Source: a virus (lineage: Duplodnaviria > Caudoviricetes). Taken from it: a stretch of 42,950 nt of DNA. Each line of letters opens with the position of its first letter. Position 1 is the stretch's first letter. The notes beneath the pieces are model-generated. The model was given only the letters and a program-made list of their open reading frames with translations, was not told where the DNA came from and ran no database searches. Made by a program: the position numbers and the translations under genes. The stretch covers positions 1 to 42,950 of IMG/VR virus record IMGVR_UViG_3300045540_000070. One strand, 5' to 3'. Positions 34,484-42,950 of this stretch are shown here, one piece after another.

Positions 34484-36713
34484 TTTATATACAGTAGTTC
34501 AAGACCATATTAATAAAAGTGTAATTGTTACTAAAAACAAGAACAAGAGTTGGGAGTATGGTTATAATGAAAAATATGACATAGTAGTAATATCTAAGGA
34601 CGGTACTATTGGTGATATTTATAATATAAGCGGACTATTAGTCGCATTACCCTCAACTCCAGAAATCATATATAAACGTGACGACAAAAAAGAAAATCAA
34701 TATTGGAAACCATCTGAATACCCTAAAGAGCTTAGCAATATCAAGACTATATTCAATTGGCATACTATGCCTAAGAATTTTAAGGATGAGTGGGTTGACT
34801 ATATAGAAGGAGAATTTGATAGGAGAGAGCACGGATTCTTTTTTATGAATAATGGAGTAGAGACGTACATTACTGGCTCGCATTATATGTATCTACAATG
34901 GACCAAGATTGACGTTGGTTTACCTGATTATCGTGAAGCTAATAGAATTTATCATATATTTTGGGAAGCGTGTAAGGCTGATAATCGTTCATTTGGAATG
35001 GTATATCTTAAGATTAGACGTTCTGGATTTTCATTTATGGGGTCTAGTGAATTATCTAATACTGGTACATTAGCAAAAGATGCTAGACTTGGTATATTGT
35101 CAAAGACTGGTAACGATGCTAAAACAATGTTTACCAATAAAGTAGTTCCGATTATAAATAACTATCCTTTCTTTTTTAAACCTATTCAAGACGGTATGGA
35201 TAAGCCAAAGACAGAACTTGCATTTAGAGTTCCTGCAGCTAAGATTACCAAGAAAAATATGTACGAGACTACTGACAACAATTCAGATATAAAAGGTCTT
35301 GATACTACTATTGACTGGAAAAATACTGCCGACAACAGTTATGATGGTGAGAAGTTACTTTTGCTTGTACATGACGAATCGGGCAAATGGATTAAGCCAG
35401 ATAATATCTTAAATAACTGGCGTGTAACTAAAACATGTCTTAGGTTGGGTTCTAAAATTATTGGTAAGTGTATGATGGGGTCTACTCCAAATGCTCTTGA
35501 AAAAGGGGGTGCTAACTTCAAAAAGCTATATGAGGAGTCAAATGTAAAAACACGTAATGCCAATGGTCAAACTAAATCAGGTATGTATTCTCTTTATATT
35601 CCAATGGAATGGAACTTTGAGGGATATATAGATAGATTTGGTATGCCCGTATTTAGAAATCCATCAAAACCTATTCAAGGTATAGACGGTCAAATGATTT
35701 CTAATGGAGCTATTGATTATTGGGAAAACGAGGTTGCGTCTTTAAAAAATGATGCAGATGCTCTTAATGAATTTTATAGACAGTTTTCAAGAACAGAGTC
35801 TCACGCCTTTAGAGACGAAAGTAAGTCATCAATATTCAACTTAACAAAAATCTATCAGCAAATAGACTATAACGACTCTTTAATTAGAGACAGAGTACTT
35901 ACGCGAGGTTCGTTTAGTTGGTTAAATGGAGAAAAAGACACTAAAGTAGTTTGGACTCCTGACCCAAGAGGTAGATTTAATGTTTCGTGGATACCTGAGA
36001 AAAATCTACAAAATGCAATTACATATAAAAACGGAATGAAATATGCGGCAAATGACCACATCGGGGCATTTGGATGCGACCCCTATGATATATCAGGCAC
36101 TGTTGGCGGAGGTGGTTCAAATGGCTCACTTCACGGACTTACTAAATTCAACATGGATAATGCACCAAGTAATCATTTCTTTTTAGAATATATAGCAAGA
36201 CCACAAACTGCTGAGATATTTTTTGAAGAAGTATTAATGGCTTGTGTATTTTATGGAATGCCAATTCTTGTAGAAAATAATAAACCAAGACTTTTATACC
36301 ACTTTAAGAATAGGGGATATAGAGGTTTCTCTATTAACAGACCAGATAAGCACTATAACAACCTTTCTAAGACAGAAAAAGAGCTTGGAGGTATTCCTAA
36401 CTCATCTGAAGATGTTAAGCAGTCTCACGCTGCCGCAATTGAGTCGTACATTGAAAAATATGTTGGATTAGATTTAGAAGGTACTTATAGAGATAGTGAT
36501 GAAATGGGTTCAATGTATTTTACACGTACTATTGAGGAGTGGGCAAAATTTGATATTAACAACAGAACGAAATTTGATGCTGCGATTAGTTCGGGATTAG
36601 CTATAATGGCTAACCAAAAAAATACGTATATGCAAGTTAAAAAAGAATCGAAAATAATCTTTAACTTTGCAAAGTACAATAATCACGGAACACGTAGCGA
36701 AATAATAAGATAA
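34461..36713 (+). CDS. terL: terminase large subunit
   Basis: KIRRSGFS, LVHDESGK, GSTPN ATPase motifs; FGCDP, ILVENN, KFDAAISSGL nuclease motifs. Confidence 0.9.
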   Translation: MQKEDQNNLYTVVQDHINKSVIVTKNKNKSWEYGYNEKYDIVVISKDGTIGDIYNISGLLVALPSTPEIIYKRDDKKENQYWKPSEYPKELSNIKTIFNWHTMPKNFKDEWVDYIEGEFDRREHGFFFMNNGVETYITGSHYMYLQWTKIDVGLPDYREANRIYHIFWEACKADNRSFGMVYLKIRRSGFSFMGSSELSNTGTLAKDARLGILSKTGNDAKTMFTNKVVPIINNYPFFFKPIQDGMDKPKTELAFRVPAAKITKKNMYETTDNNSDIKGLDTTIDWKNTADNSYDGEKLLLLVHDESGKWIKPDNILNNWRVTKTCLRLGSKIIGKCMMGSTPNALEKGGANFKKLYEESNVKTRNANGQTKSGMYSLYIPMEWNFEGYIDRFGMPVFRNPSKPIQGIDGQMISNGAIDYWENEVASLKNDADALNEFYRQFSRTESHAFRDESKSSIFNLTKIYQQIDYNDSLIRDRVLTRGSFSWLNGEKDTKVVWTPDPRGRFNVSWIPEKNLQNAITYKNGMKYAANDHIGAFGCDPYDISGTVGGGGSNGSLHGLTKFNMDNAPSNHFFLEYIARPQTAEIFFEEVLMACVFYGMPILVENNKPRLLYHFKNRGYRGFSINRPDKHYNNLSKTEKELGGIPNSSEDVKQSHAAAIESYIEKYVGLDLEGTYRDSDEMGSMYFTRTIEEWAKFDINNRTKFDAAISSGLAIMANQKNTYMQVKKESKIIFNFAKYNNHGTRSEIIR

Positions 36714-39146
36714 ATGAAGGATGTAAAAATAAATGTATCTCAAGTAAATTTTCCAAATCAATTTGCAACTGATAAAGAAAAAGAATCTATTGAGTACGGA
36801 TTACAAGTTGGAAACGCTGTATTATACGAGTGGTTTAATAAAGACAGTCAAGGATGTAGGTTTTACGACCAACGTGCAAACTTTCATAAATTACGACTAT
36901 ACGCTCGTGGCGAACAATCGGTAGGTAAATATAAAGACGAAATATCGGTTGATGGCGATTTAAGTCACTTAAATTTAGATTGGACCCCAGTGCCTATCAT
37001 ACCAAAGTTTATTGATATTGTAGTTAACGGAATGACTGATAGAATGTTTAAGGTTAAGGCTTATGCTCAAGATGCTATGTCTACCGATAAACGAAATAGA
37101 TTTCAACAGTCAGTTCAGACCGATATGGCTGCTAAAGACTTACTGCTTCAAGTAAAGGACCAATTCGGTATCGATGCATTTGATACTCCGCCAGGAGAAT
37201 TACCTGAAACAGATGATGAATTATCATTGTTTATGCAAATTAATTACAAACCAGCGATTGAAATAGCTGAGGAACAAGCTATTAATACGATTTTTGACGA
37301 TAATAAATATAATGATATTCGTAAGAGTATTGATTTAGATATTGCTACTATTGGTGTAGGAATGGCTAAACACATGTTTTTAGCTGGTGATGGAGTTAGA
37401 ATTGAATATGTAGATCCAGCCAATGTAATTTATAGCTATACAGAAAATCCTTACTTTAAAGATTGTTTCTATTGGGGTGAGGTTAAGACAGTTCATACAA
37501 CTGAATTAATGAAAATTGACCCAACATTAACGTTAGACCAATTGGCTGAAATATCTAAATACGGTCAAGCGTGGAATAGTCAGTATGGATTATCGCAATT
37601 AAACAATAGTATGTTTAGTAGAGATTCTGCTACATTACTTTATTTTAATTACAAGACTACAAAAAGAATTGTATATAAGAAAAAGAAATTAGAGAACGGT
37701 ACTGAGAAAATGATACCTAAAGACGATAGCTTCAATCCTCCACAAGAAATGATGGACGAAGGTAACTTCGAGAAGGTTGAAAAAGTCATTGATGTTTGGT
37801 ATGACGGTATTATGGTTGCTGGTACAAATATTGTACTTAAATGGGAGTTAGCTAAAAACATGGTACGTCCTAAATCAGCTACTCAACACGCAATACCAAA
37901 TTATGTAGCGGTCGCTCCAAGAATGTATAAAGGAGCTATTGAGTCATTAGTTAAAAGAATGATTCCATTTGCTGATTTAATTCAGATTATTCACCTTAAA
38001 ATGCAACAAGTATTAGCTAAAGTAGTGCCTGATGGGGTATTCATTGATGCTGATGGTATAAATGAGGTTGATTTAGGTACTGGAGCAGCTTACAATCCCG
38101 AAGATGCATTAAGATTATATTTCCAAACAGGTAGTGTTATTGGTAGAAGCTATACTGGTGATGGAGAGTTTAATAACGCAAGAGTTCCAATTTCTGAATT
38201 AGGCACTAATAGCGGTCAAGCAAAACTTCAAAGTTTAATCGGAAGTTATAATCATTATATGGGAATGATTAGAGATGTTACTGGTCTTAATGAGGCTCGT
38301 GACGGCTCTACTCCAAACCCTGATGCTTTGGTAGGTGTTCAGAAATTAGCAGCGTTAAATTCAAATACAGCGACAAGGCATATTTTAGAGTCTAGTTTAT
38401 ATGTTACTCGTTCATTATCTGAAGCAATTTCTTATAGAGTTGCAGATATTTTAGAATATTCTGACTTTAAAGAGGAATTTGTAAATCAGATTGGTAAATA
38501 TAGTGTTGGTATATTAGAAGATATTAAAGACTTATATATTTATGACTTTGGTATTTTTATCGAAGTATCACCTGATGAAGAAGAAAAGGCTCAATTAGAA
38601 CAAAACATTCAAATATCATTATCTCGTGATTCTATTTTATTAGAAGACGCTATTGATATTAGAGAGATGAGAAATCTTAAACTTGCTAATCAACTTCTTA
38701 AACTTAAAAGAAAGAAAAGAGAAGAGCAAAAACAAAAAGATGCTCAAGCTGCTCAGCAAATGCAAGGGCAAATGCAACAACAATCTCAACAATTAGCAGC
38801 TCAAGTAGCTATGCAACAAATACAAGCTGAAACTCAAGCTAAACTACAAGTAAAACAAGCTGAATCTGCGTTTGATATTCAAAAGATGCAAAGCGAAGTA
38901 CAAGCTAAGCTACAACTTATGGAAGTTGAGTTTAACTATAATATGCAATTAAAAGGTATTGAAGTTCAGACAACTAAGACCAAGGAGGAGATGAAAGAAG
39001 AAGCTAAAGACAAGCGTATTAGCTTACAAAATACACAACAATCAAAACTGATAGACCAACGTAAAAATAACTTACCTCCAGTAGATTTTGAATCTACAAA
39101 TGATAACTTAGACTCGTTTGACCTATCGCAATTCGGACCAAGATAA
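36714..39146 (+). CDS. portal protein
   Basis: 810 aa directly after terL; PIIPKFIDIVVNG, GLNEARDG, Gln-rich coiled-coil tail. Confidence 0.85.
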   Translation: MKDVKINVSQVNFPNQFATDKEKESIEYGLQVGNAVLYEWFNKDSQGCRFYDQRANFHKLRLYARGEQSVGKYKDEISVDGDLSHLNLDWTPVPIIPKFIDIVVNGMTDRMFKVKAYAQDAMSTDKRNRFQQSVQTDMAAKDLLLQVKDQFGIDAFDTPPGELPETDDELSLFMQINYKPAIEIAEEQAINTIFDDNKYNDIRKSIDLDIATIGVGMAKHMFLAGDGVRIEYVDPANVIYSYTENPYFKDCFYWGEVKTVHTTELMKIDPTLTLDQLAEISKYGQAWNSQYGLSQLNNSMFSRDSATLLYFNYKTTKRIVYKKKKLENGTEKMIPKDDSFNPPQEMMDEGNFEKVEKVIDVWYDGIMVAGTNIVLKWELAKNMVRPKSATQHAIPNYVAVAPRMYKGAIESLVKRMIPFADLIQIIHLKMQQVLAKVVPDGVFIDADGINEVDLGTGAAYNPEDALRLYFQTGSVIGRSYTGDGEFNNARVPISELGTNSGQAKLQSLIGSYNHYMGMIRDVTGLNEARDGSTPNPDALVGVQKLAALNSNTATRHILESSLYVTRSLSEAISYRVADILEYSDFKEEFVNQIGKYSVGILEDIKDLYIYDFGIFIEVSPDEEEKAQLEQNIQISLSRDSILLEDAIDIREMRNLKLANQLLKLKRKKREEQKQKDAQAAQQMQGQMQQQSQQLAAQVAMQQIQAETQAKLQVKQAESAFDIQKMQSEVQAKLQLMEVEFNYNMQLKGIEVQTTKTKEEMKEEAKDKRISLQNTQQSKLIDQRKNNLPPVDFESTNDNLDSFDLSQFGPR

Positions 39147-39147
39147 T

Positions 39148-39423
39148 ATGGCAAAGAAACAAGTAAATCTATCAATAGGTAGAGGCGAAAAATCTAAAAG
39201 TGGGGGTCTTACCGCTAAAGGAGTTGCAAAGTACAACAGAGAAACTGGTAGTAATTTAAAAACAGCAGTAACTACAGCTCCGTCTAAGTTAAAACCTGGA
39301 AGTAAAGATGCTAAACGAAGAGCATCATTTTGTGATAGAATGTCAGGTATGCAAGGACATTTAAAGAAACCTAATGGCGAACCAACAAGAAAAAAGTTAG
39401 CCTTAGACAAGTGGAATTGCTAA
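39148..39423 (+). CDS. small basic protein
   Basis: GGLTAKG...RRASFCDRM...LALDKWNC. Confidence 0.7.
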   Translation: MAKKQVNLSIGRGEKSKSGGLTAKGVAKYNRETGSNLKTAVTTAPSKLKPGSKDAKRRASFCDRMSGMQGHLKKPNGEPTRKKLALDKWNC

Positions 39424-39467
39424 TAAAGCATAATAATTAAATAACTAACTTTGCAAAAAAATAAGAT

Positions 39468-40202
39468 ATGGCAACAGTACCTAGTGGAACTAGATTTATA
39501 GGAATAGCAACATCAGTAGATTTAACTGAAAGAAAATCAGCTGTATTAAATAAAACAACTGAACCTTTTACAATTGAAGATATTGCTTCTACTGTAGGTG
39601 TAGGCGCTACTGGACCTCAAGGAGTTCAAGGACCTGCTGGACCGTTAGGACCTGTAGGACCTGCTGGATTAGAGTGGCAAGGCGCTTGGATATCTGGAAC
39701 ATCTTATGTAGCAGATGATGCTGTAGGATATGATGGGGCTTCTTGGTTCTGTATATTAGCTACTTCTGGAACAACTACTCCAGATTTAGATGAGACACAT
39801 TGGGCGTTATTAGCCTCTCAAGGCGCACAAGGAGAACAAGGTGTTCAAGGACCAACTGGACCTCAGGGGCCTGCTGGAACAGCTGGAACTCAAACATTTG
39901 GAAGTCTTGAAATAGAGAACGTATCTCCATATCAAATTTTAAGTTATAACTTAAACTCTATAACAACTACTGGAGCTTCCGATAAAGTTGTTTTACCATC
40001 TTCTGCTGAGGTAGGAAAAATTGTATATGTTTTTGCAATGAACAATGCGAATAGTTTTTCTGTAAGAGGTAATCAATCTGGAACAGCTGTAATTTCAGCT
40101 GGTGGAATTGCGAGTCAATCATCAAGTATTTCAGTAGCTACAAACACATCTTATTTATTTATTTCATTAGGCGGAGGTTATTGGAAAGCGTCAATACTAT
40201 AA
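39468..40202 (+). CDS. collagen-repeat virion protein
   Basis: Two Gly-X-Y tracts flanking a WQGAW...Y..DDAV domain; TAACTTTG box at 39446-39453. Confidence 0.75.
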   Translation: MATVPSGTRFIGIATSVDLTERKSAVLNKTTEPFTIEDIASTVGVGATGPQGVQGPAGPLGPVGPAGLEWQGAWISGTSYVADDAVGYDGASWFCILATSGTTTPDLDETHWALLASQGAQGEQGVQGPTGPQGPAGTAGTQTFGSLEIENVSPYQILSYNLNSITTTGASDKVVLPSSAEVGKIVYVFAMNNANSFSVRGNQSGTAVISAGGIASQSSSISVATNTSYLFISLGGGYWKASIL

Positions 40203-40225
40203 TTAAAAATTAAAAATCAAATCAA

Positions 40226-41302
40226 ATGGAAAATTTTACAGTTAAAGAAGTTGGAGCTGTAGAGCAAAAGTCTGTTCAAGAGATTGAACAAACGCTCTTA
40301 GACCAACATGAAGAAAGTCAACATCAAGAGGTAGTAGTACCCGAGGTTGCTCAAGAAGAAACGGTAGTTACTCCAGAGTATGGAGACTCAGATGTTCTTT
40401 CATACATTAAGAGCAAATACAATAAAGAAGTAAATTCTATTGACGAGTTACTTCAAAAAAGAGAGGAAGCAGAAGAGTTGCCTAGTGACGTATCTGCTTA
40501 CTTTAAATATAAAAAAGAGACTGGAAGAGGTATTGAAGATTTTGCTAAGTTAAGTAGAAACTTTGATAATTTAAATCCAGACCAATTATTAGCTGAGTAT
40601 TATTCTCAAACTGAGGAAGATTTAGACCAAGACGATATTGCATATCTTATTGAGGATAAATTTGCTTATGATGAGGACCTTGATGAGCCGAAAGACATTA
40701 AGAAGAAAGAAATTGCTAAGAAAAAAGAGCTTGCCAAAGCAAAGAAGTTTTTTGAGGATTCAAAAGAGGCGTACAAGATACCTATCGAGTCGAAAGGTGG
40801 ATTAGTTTCTAGCGATGAAAAAGAAAGTTACGATGCTTACAAGAAATACGTTCAAGAATCACAGACCTATCAGCAAGAAAATTCTAGGAAGTCTGAGTAT
40901 TTTCAAAAAAAGACTGAAGAAATTTTTTCTAACGAGTTCAAAGGTTTTGAGTTCAATGTTGGAGATAAGAGTATTACGTTTTCACCTGGAGATGCCACAG
41001 AGTTAAAGAATGTTCAATCAGATGTAACTAATTTCATATCTAAGTATTTAGATAAAGATGGTTTAATATCTGACGCTAAGGGTTATCACCGTTCATTAGC
41101 AGTTGCTATGAATCCTGAGAAAATGGCTAAGTTCTTTTACGAACAAGGTAAGACTGATGCGCTATTAGATAGCACAAGAAAAATTAAAAATATAGATATG
41201 GATACACGTAGTATTCCTCAATCTAGCAGTCAATCAGGTTTTAAAGTTACAGCTTCGGATAGTGATAGTGGTAGAGGACTAAAAATTAGAAGTATTAAAT
41301 AA
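40226..41302 (+). CDS. probable capsid scaffold/assembly protein
   Basis: Acidic helical protein directly before the capsid gene. Confidence 0.6.
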   Translation: MENFTVKEVGAVEQKSVQEIEQTLLDQHEESQHQEVVVPEVAQEETVVTPEYGDSDVLSYIKSKYNKEVNSIDELLQKREEAEELPSDVSAYFKYKKETGRGIEDFAKLSRNFDNLNPDQLLAEYYSQTEEDLDQDDIAYLIEDKFAYDEDLDEPKDIKKKEIAKKKELAKAKKFFEDSKEAYKIPIESKGGLVSSDEKESYDAYKKYVQESQTYQQENSRKSEYFQKKTEEIFSNEFKGFEFNVGDKSITFSPGDATELKNVQSDVTNFISKYLDKDGLISDAKGYHRSLAVAMNPEKMAKFFYEQGKTDALLDSTRKIKNIDMDTRSIPQSSSQSGFKVTASDSDSGRGLKIRSIK

Positions 41303-41317
41303 TAAAACAAAACAACT

Positions 41318-42712
41318 ATGTCTGTATTATCGACTCCTGGGTTTGCATTAACCCCGTCCGCAGAAAGAAAAACTCTTTCTACAAATTACATCACCGACTT
41401 CAACTTCTTGAATCAGTATCTTCCTGATACTTATGAGAAAGAGTTTGAACGTTACGGAAACCGCTCAGTTGCATCTTTCTTAAGAGCAGTTGGAGCCGAA
41501 ATGCCATCTAACTCTGACCTTATCAAATGGGCTGAACAAGGGCGTTTACACACTAAATATGCTGACTGTTCTACTGACGGCGCTGTAAATGCTGACGTAG
41601 CTACAATTACTGTAAATGATACTTTAACTGGTCAAATCGCATTTAGAAAAGGTCAAACTGTTTTCTTATCATCTAATAATACTGCTGCAAATTCAAACAA
41701 AGCAATTATTACTGATGTAGATTATACTGCTGGTACTTTTGACGTAGCTTATTACGAAGGTACTGGACAAATGTTTGGTAATACTGCTGTAATTACTGCA
41801 TTTGTTTATGGTTCTGAGTTCAAAAAGGGAACTGAAGGTATGGAAGAGTCTCTTGAGGCTGTTGATGATATCTTCGAGAACAGCCCAATTATCATCAAAG
41901 ATAAATATGCTGTTTCTGGTTCTGATATGGCTCAAATCGGATGGGTAGAAGTTACTACTGAAAATGGAGCAACTGGATACTTATGGTATATCAAATCTGA
42001 GCACGAAACTCGTTTACGCTTTGATGATTACTTAGAAATGAGTATGATTGAAGCTGTTCCTGCTGAGGCTGGTTCTGGAGCTGCTGCTCAAAGCGTTTAT
42101 GGAAATAAAGGTTCTGAAGGTTTATTCTATTCTATCAATGATAGAGGAAATGTTTGGGGTGGTGGAAATCCAACTGCTTTAGCTGACTTTGACTCAATCA
42201 TTCAAAGACTTGACAAACAAGGTGCAATCGAAGAAAACGTATTGTTCTTGAATCGTCAATTCTCTTTTGATGTTGATGACATGTTGGGAGCGCAATCTTC
42301 TAACGCTGCTGGTGGTGTTTCTTATGGTTTATTTGATAATGATAGAGAAATGTCATTAAATTTAGGCTTCACAGGTTTTCGTAGAGGTTACGATTTCTAC
42401 AAAACTGACTGGAAATACTTAAATGATGCTACACTAAGAGGTGGTATTGTAGGTGGTTCTGTTAATGGAGTTTTAGTACCAGCTGGTTCTACTACTGTTT
42501 ATGACCAAGTTCTTGGTAAAAACGCTAAACGTCCATTCTTACACGTACGTTACAGAGCTTCTGAAACCGAAGATAGACGTTACAAAACTTGGATCACTGG
42601 TTCTGCTGGTGGAGCTTCTACTTCTAGCTTAGATGCTATGGAAGTACAATTCTTATCTGAAAGAGCTTTATGTACTTTAGGTGCAAATAACTTCTTCATC
42701 TTTGAAGCATAA
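41318..42712 (+). CDS. major capsid protein
   Basis: 464 aa after portal and scaffold, followed by a strong terminator. Confidence 0.85.
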   Translation: MSVLSTPGFALTPSAERKTLSTNYITDFNFLNQYLPDTYEKEFERYGNRSVASFLRAVGAEMPSNSDLIKWAEQGRLHTKYADCSTDGAVNADVATITVNDTLTGQIAFRKGQTVFLSSNNTAANSNKAIITDVDYTAGTFDVAYYEGTGQMFGNTAVITAFVYGSEFKKGTEGMEESLEAVDDIFENSPIIIKDKYAVSGSDMAQIGWVEVTTENGATGYLWYIKSEHETRLRFDDYLEMSMIEAVPAEAGSGAAAQSVYGNKGSEGLFYSINDRGNVWGGGNPTALADFDSIIQRLDKQGAIEENVLFLNRQFSFDVDDMLGAQSSNAAGGVSYGLFDNDREMSLNLGFTGFRRGYDFYKTDWKYLNDATLRGGIVGGSVNGVLVPAGSTTVYDQVLGKNAKRPFLHVRYRASETEDRRYKTWITGSAGGASTSSLDAMEVQFLSERALCTLGANNFFIFEA

Positions 42713-42722
42713 TTAATAATAA

Positions 42723-42755
42723 AGAGAGGGGTTAATTCCCCTCTCTATTTTTTTT
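42723..42755 (+). terminator. intrinsic terminator
   Basis: agagagggg/cccctctct stem plus T-run. Confidence 0.85.
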
Positions 42756-42774
42756 AAAATTTAAATCTTATAAA

Positions 42775-42950
42775 ATGAAAAATCAAGAGACTTTAGTGGA
42801 TAAAGTATATATCCTAAAGAAAAAAAACACGCCACTTACTTATATGTTGGCATCAAGAAACACTCATAGAGCAACACTTTTGCACTTTGACGGAAAATCA
42901 CAAAGAGCGTTAAGATACGCAAGAAATCAAAAAAGTCCATTCGAGGACGA
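42775..42950 (+). CDS. partial ORF after the capsid gene
   Basis: MKNQETLVDKVYILKKKNTPLTYMLASR...RALRYARNQKSPFED, open to the window end. Confidence 0.7.
   Translation, partial: MKNQETLVDKVYILKKKNTPLTYMLASRNTHRATLLHFDGKSQRALRYARNQKSPFED

Noticed and set aside
1752-41935. Opposite-strand or nested short ORFs in the track (e.g. 1752..1952, 6043..6330, 7767..7979, 8427..8708, 21360..21824, 31631..31894)
   Set aside because: They are shadows of well-supported genes and show no motifs. The plus-strand ORFs in the array are not convincing canonical-orientation cassette genes.
1-42950. Integron integrase, other tyrosine/serine recombinase, transposase or reverse transcriptase
   Set aside because: No ORF shows R-H-R-H-Y, serine-recombinase, DDE, HUH or YxDD-type signatures that I can recognise; an enzyme could still lie outside the window.
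1-42950. Stop-codon reassignment as in some crAss-like phages; tRNA genes
   Set aside because: Long genes are intact in the standard code and TAG ends genes followed by new starts (e.g. 25956/25958). No cloverleaf was recognised.

Overview
About 43 kb of an AT-rich tailed phage genome whose host is probably a Bacteroidetes (Flavobacterium-like) bacterium: many gene blocks are preceded by TAnnTTTG -7 promoter boxes, and it carries a DUF3127 SSB and a BT4734/VirE-type primase. The left arm (1-19.8 kb, minus strand) holds early and replication genes: SF2 helicase, primase-helicase, SSB, RecE-like exonuclease, two HNH proteins and many small ORFs. The right arm (20.6-43 kb, mostly plus strand) holds GroEL/GroES, tail/fibre genes, a lysis cassette, a second double GroES-like protein, terminase, portal, scaffold and major capsid protein. 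Main discovery: 4193-9290 is an integron-like array of 10 gene cassettes separated by ten 123-136 bp attC-like hairpins (TAACA...CGTTA). Each cassette body has its own ~15-bp inverted end repeats, and the sites carry two position-invariant A.C (G.T on the minus strand) mismatches. All cargo genes run antisense to the canonical integron direction, several start inside the hairpin, and no integrase lies in the window. Also found: a type III hammerhead ribozyme in the early-operon leader, a shared pseudoknot leader before three HNH/Zn-finger genes, a palindromic two-way promoter, and paralogous small genes built from identical DNA blocks. Protein calls rest on motif recognition only; no searches were run.
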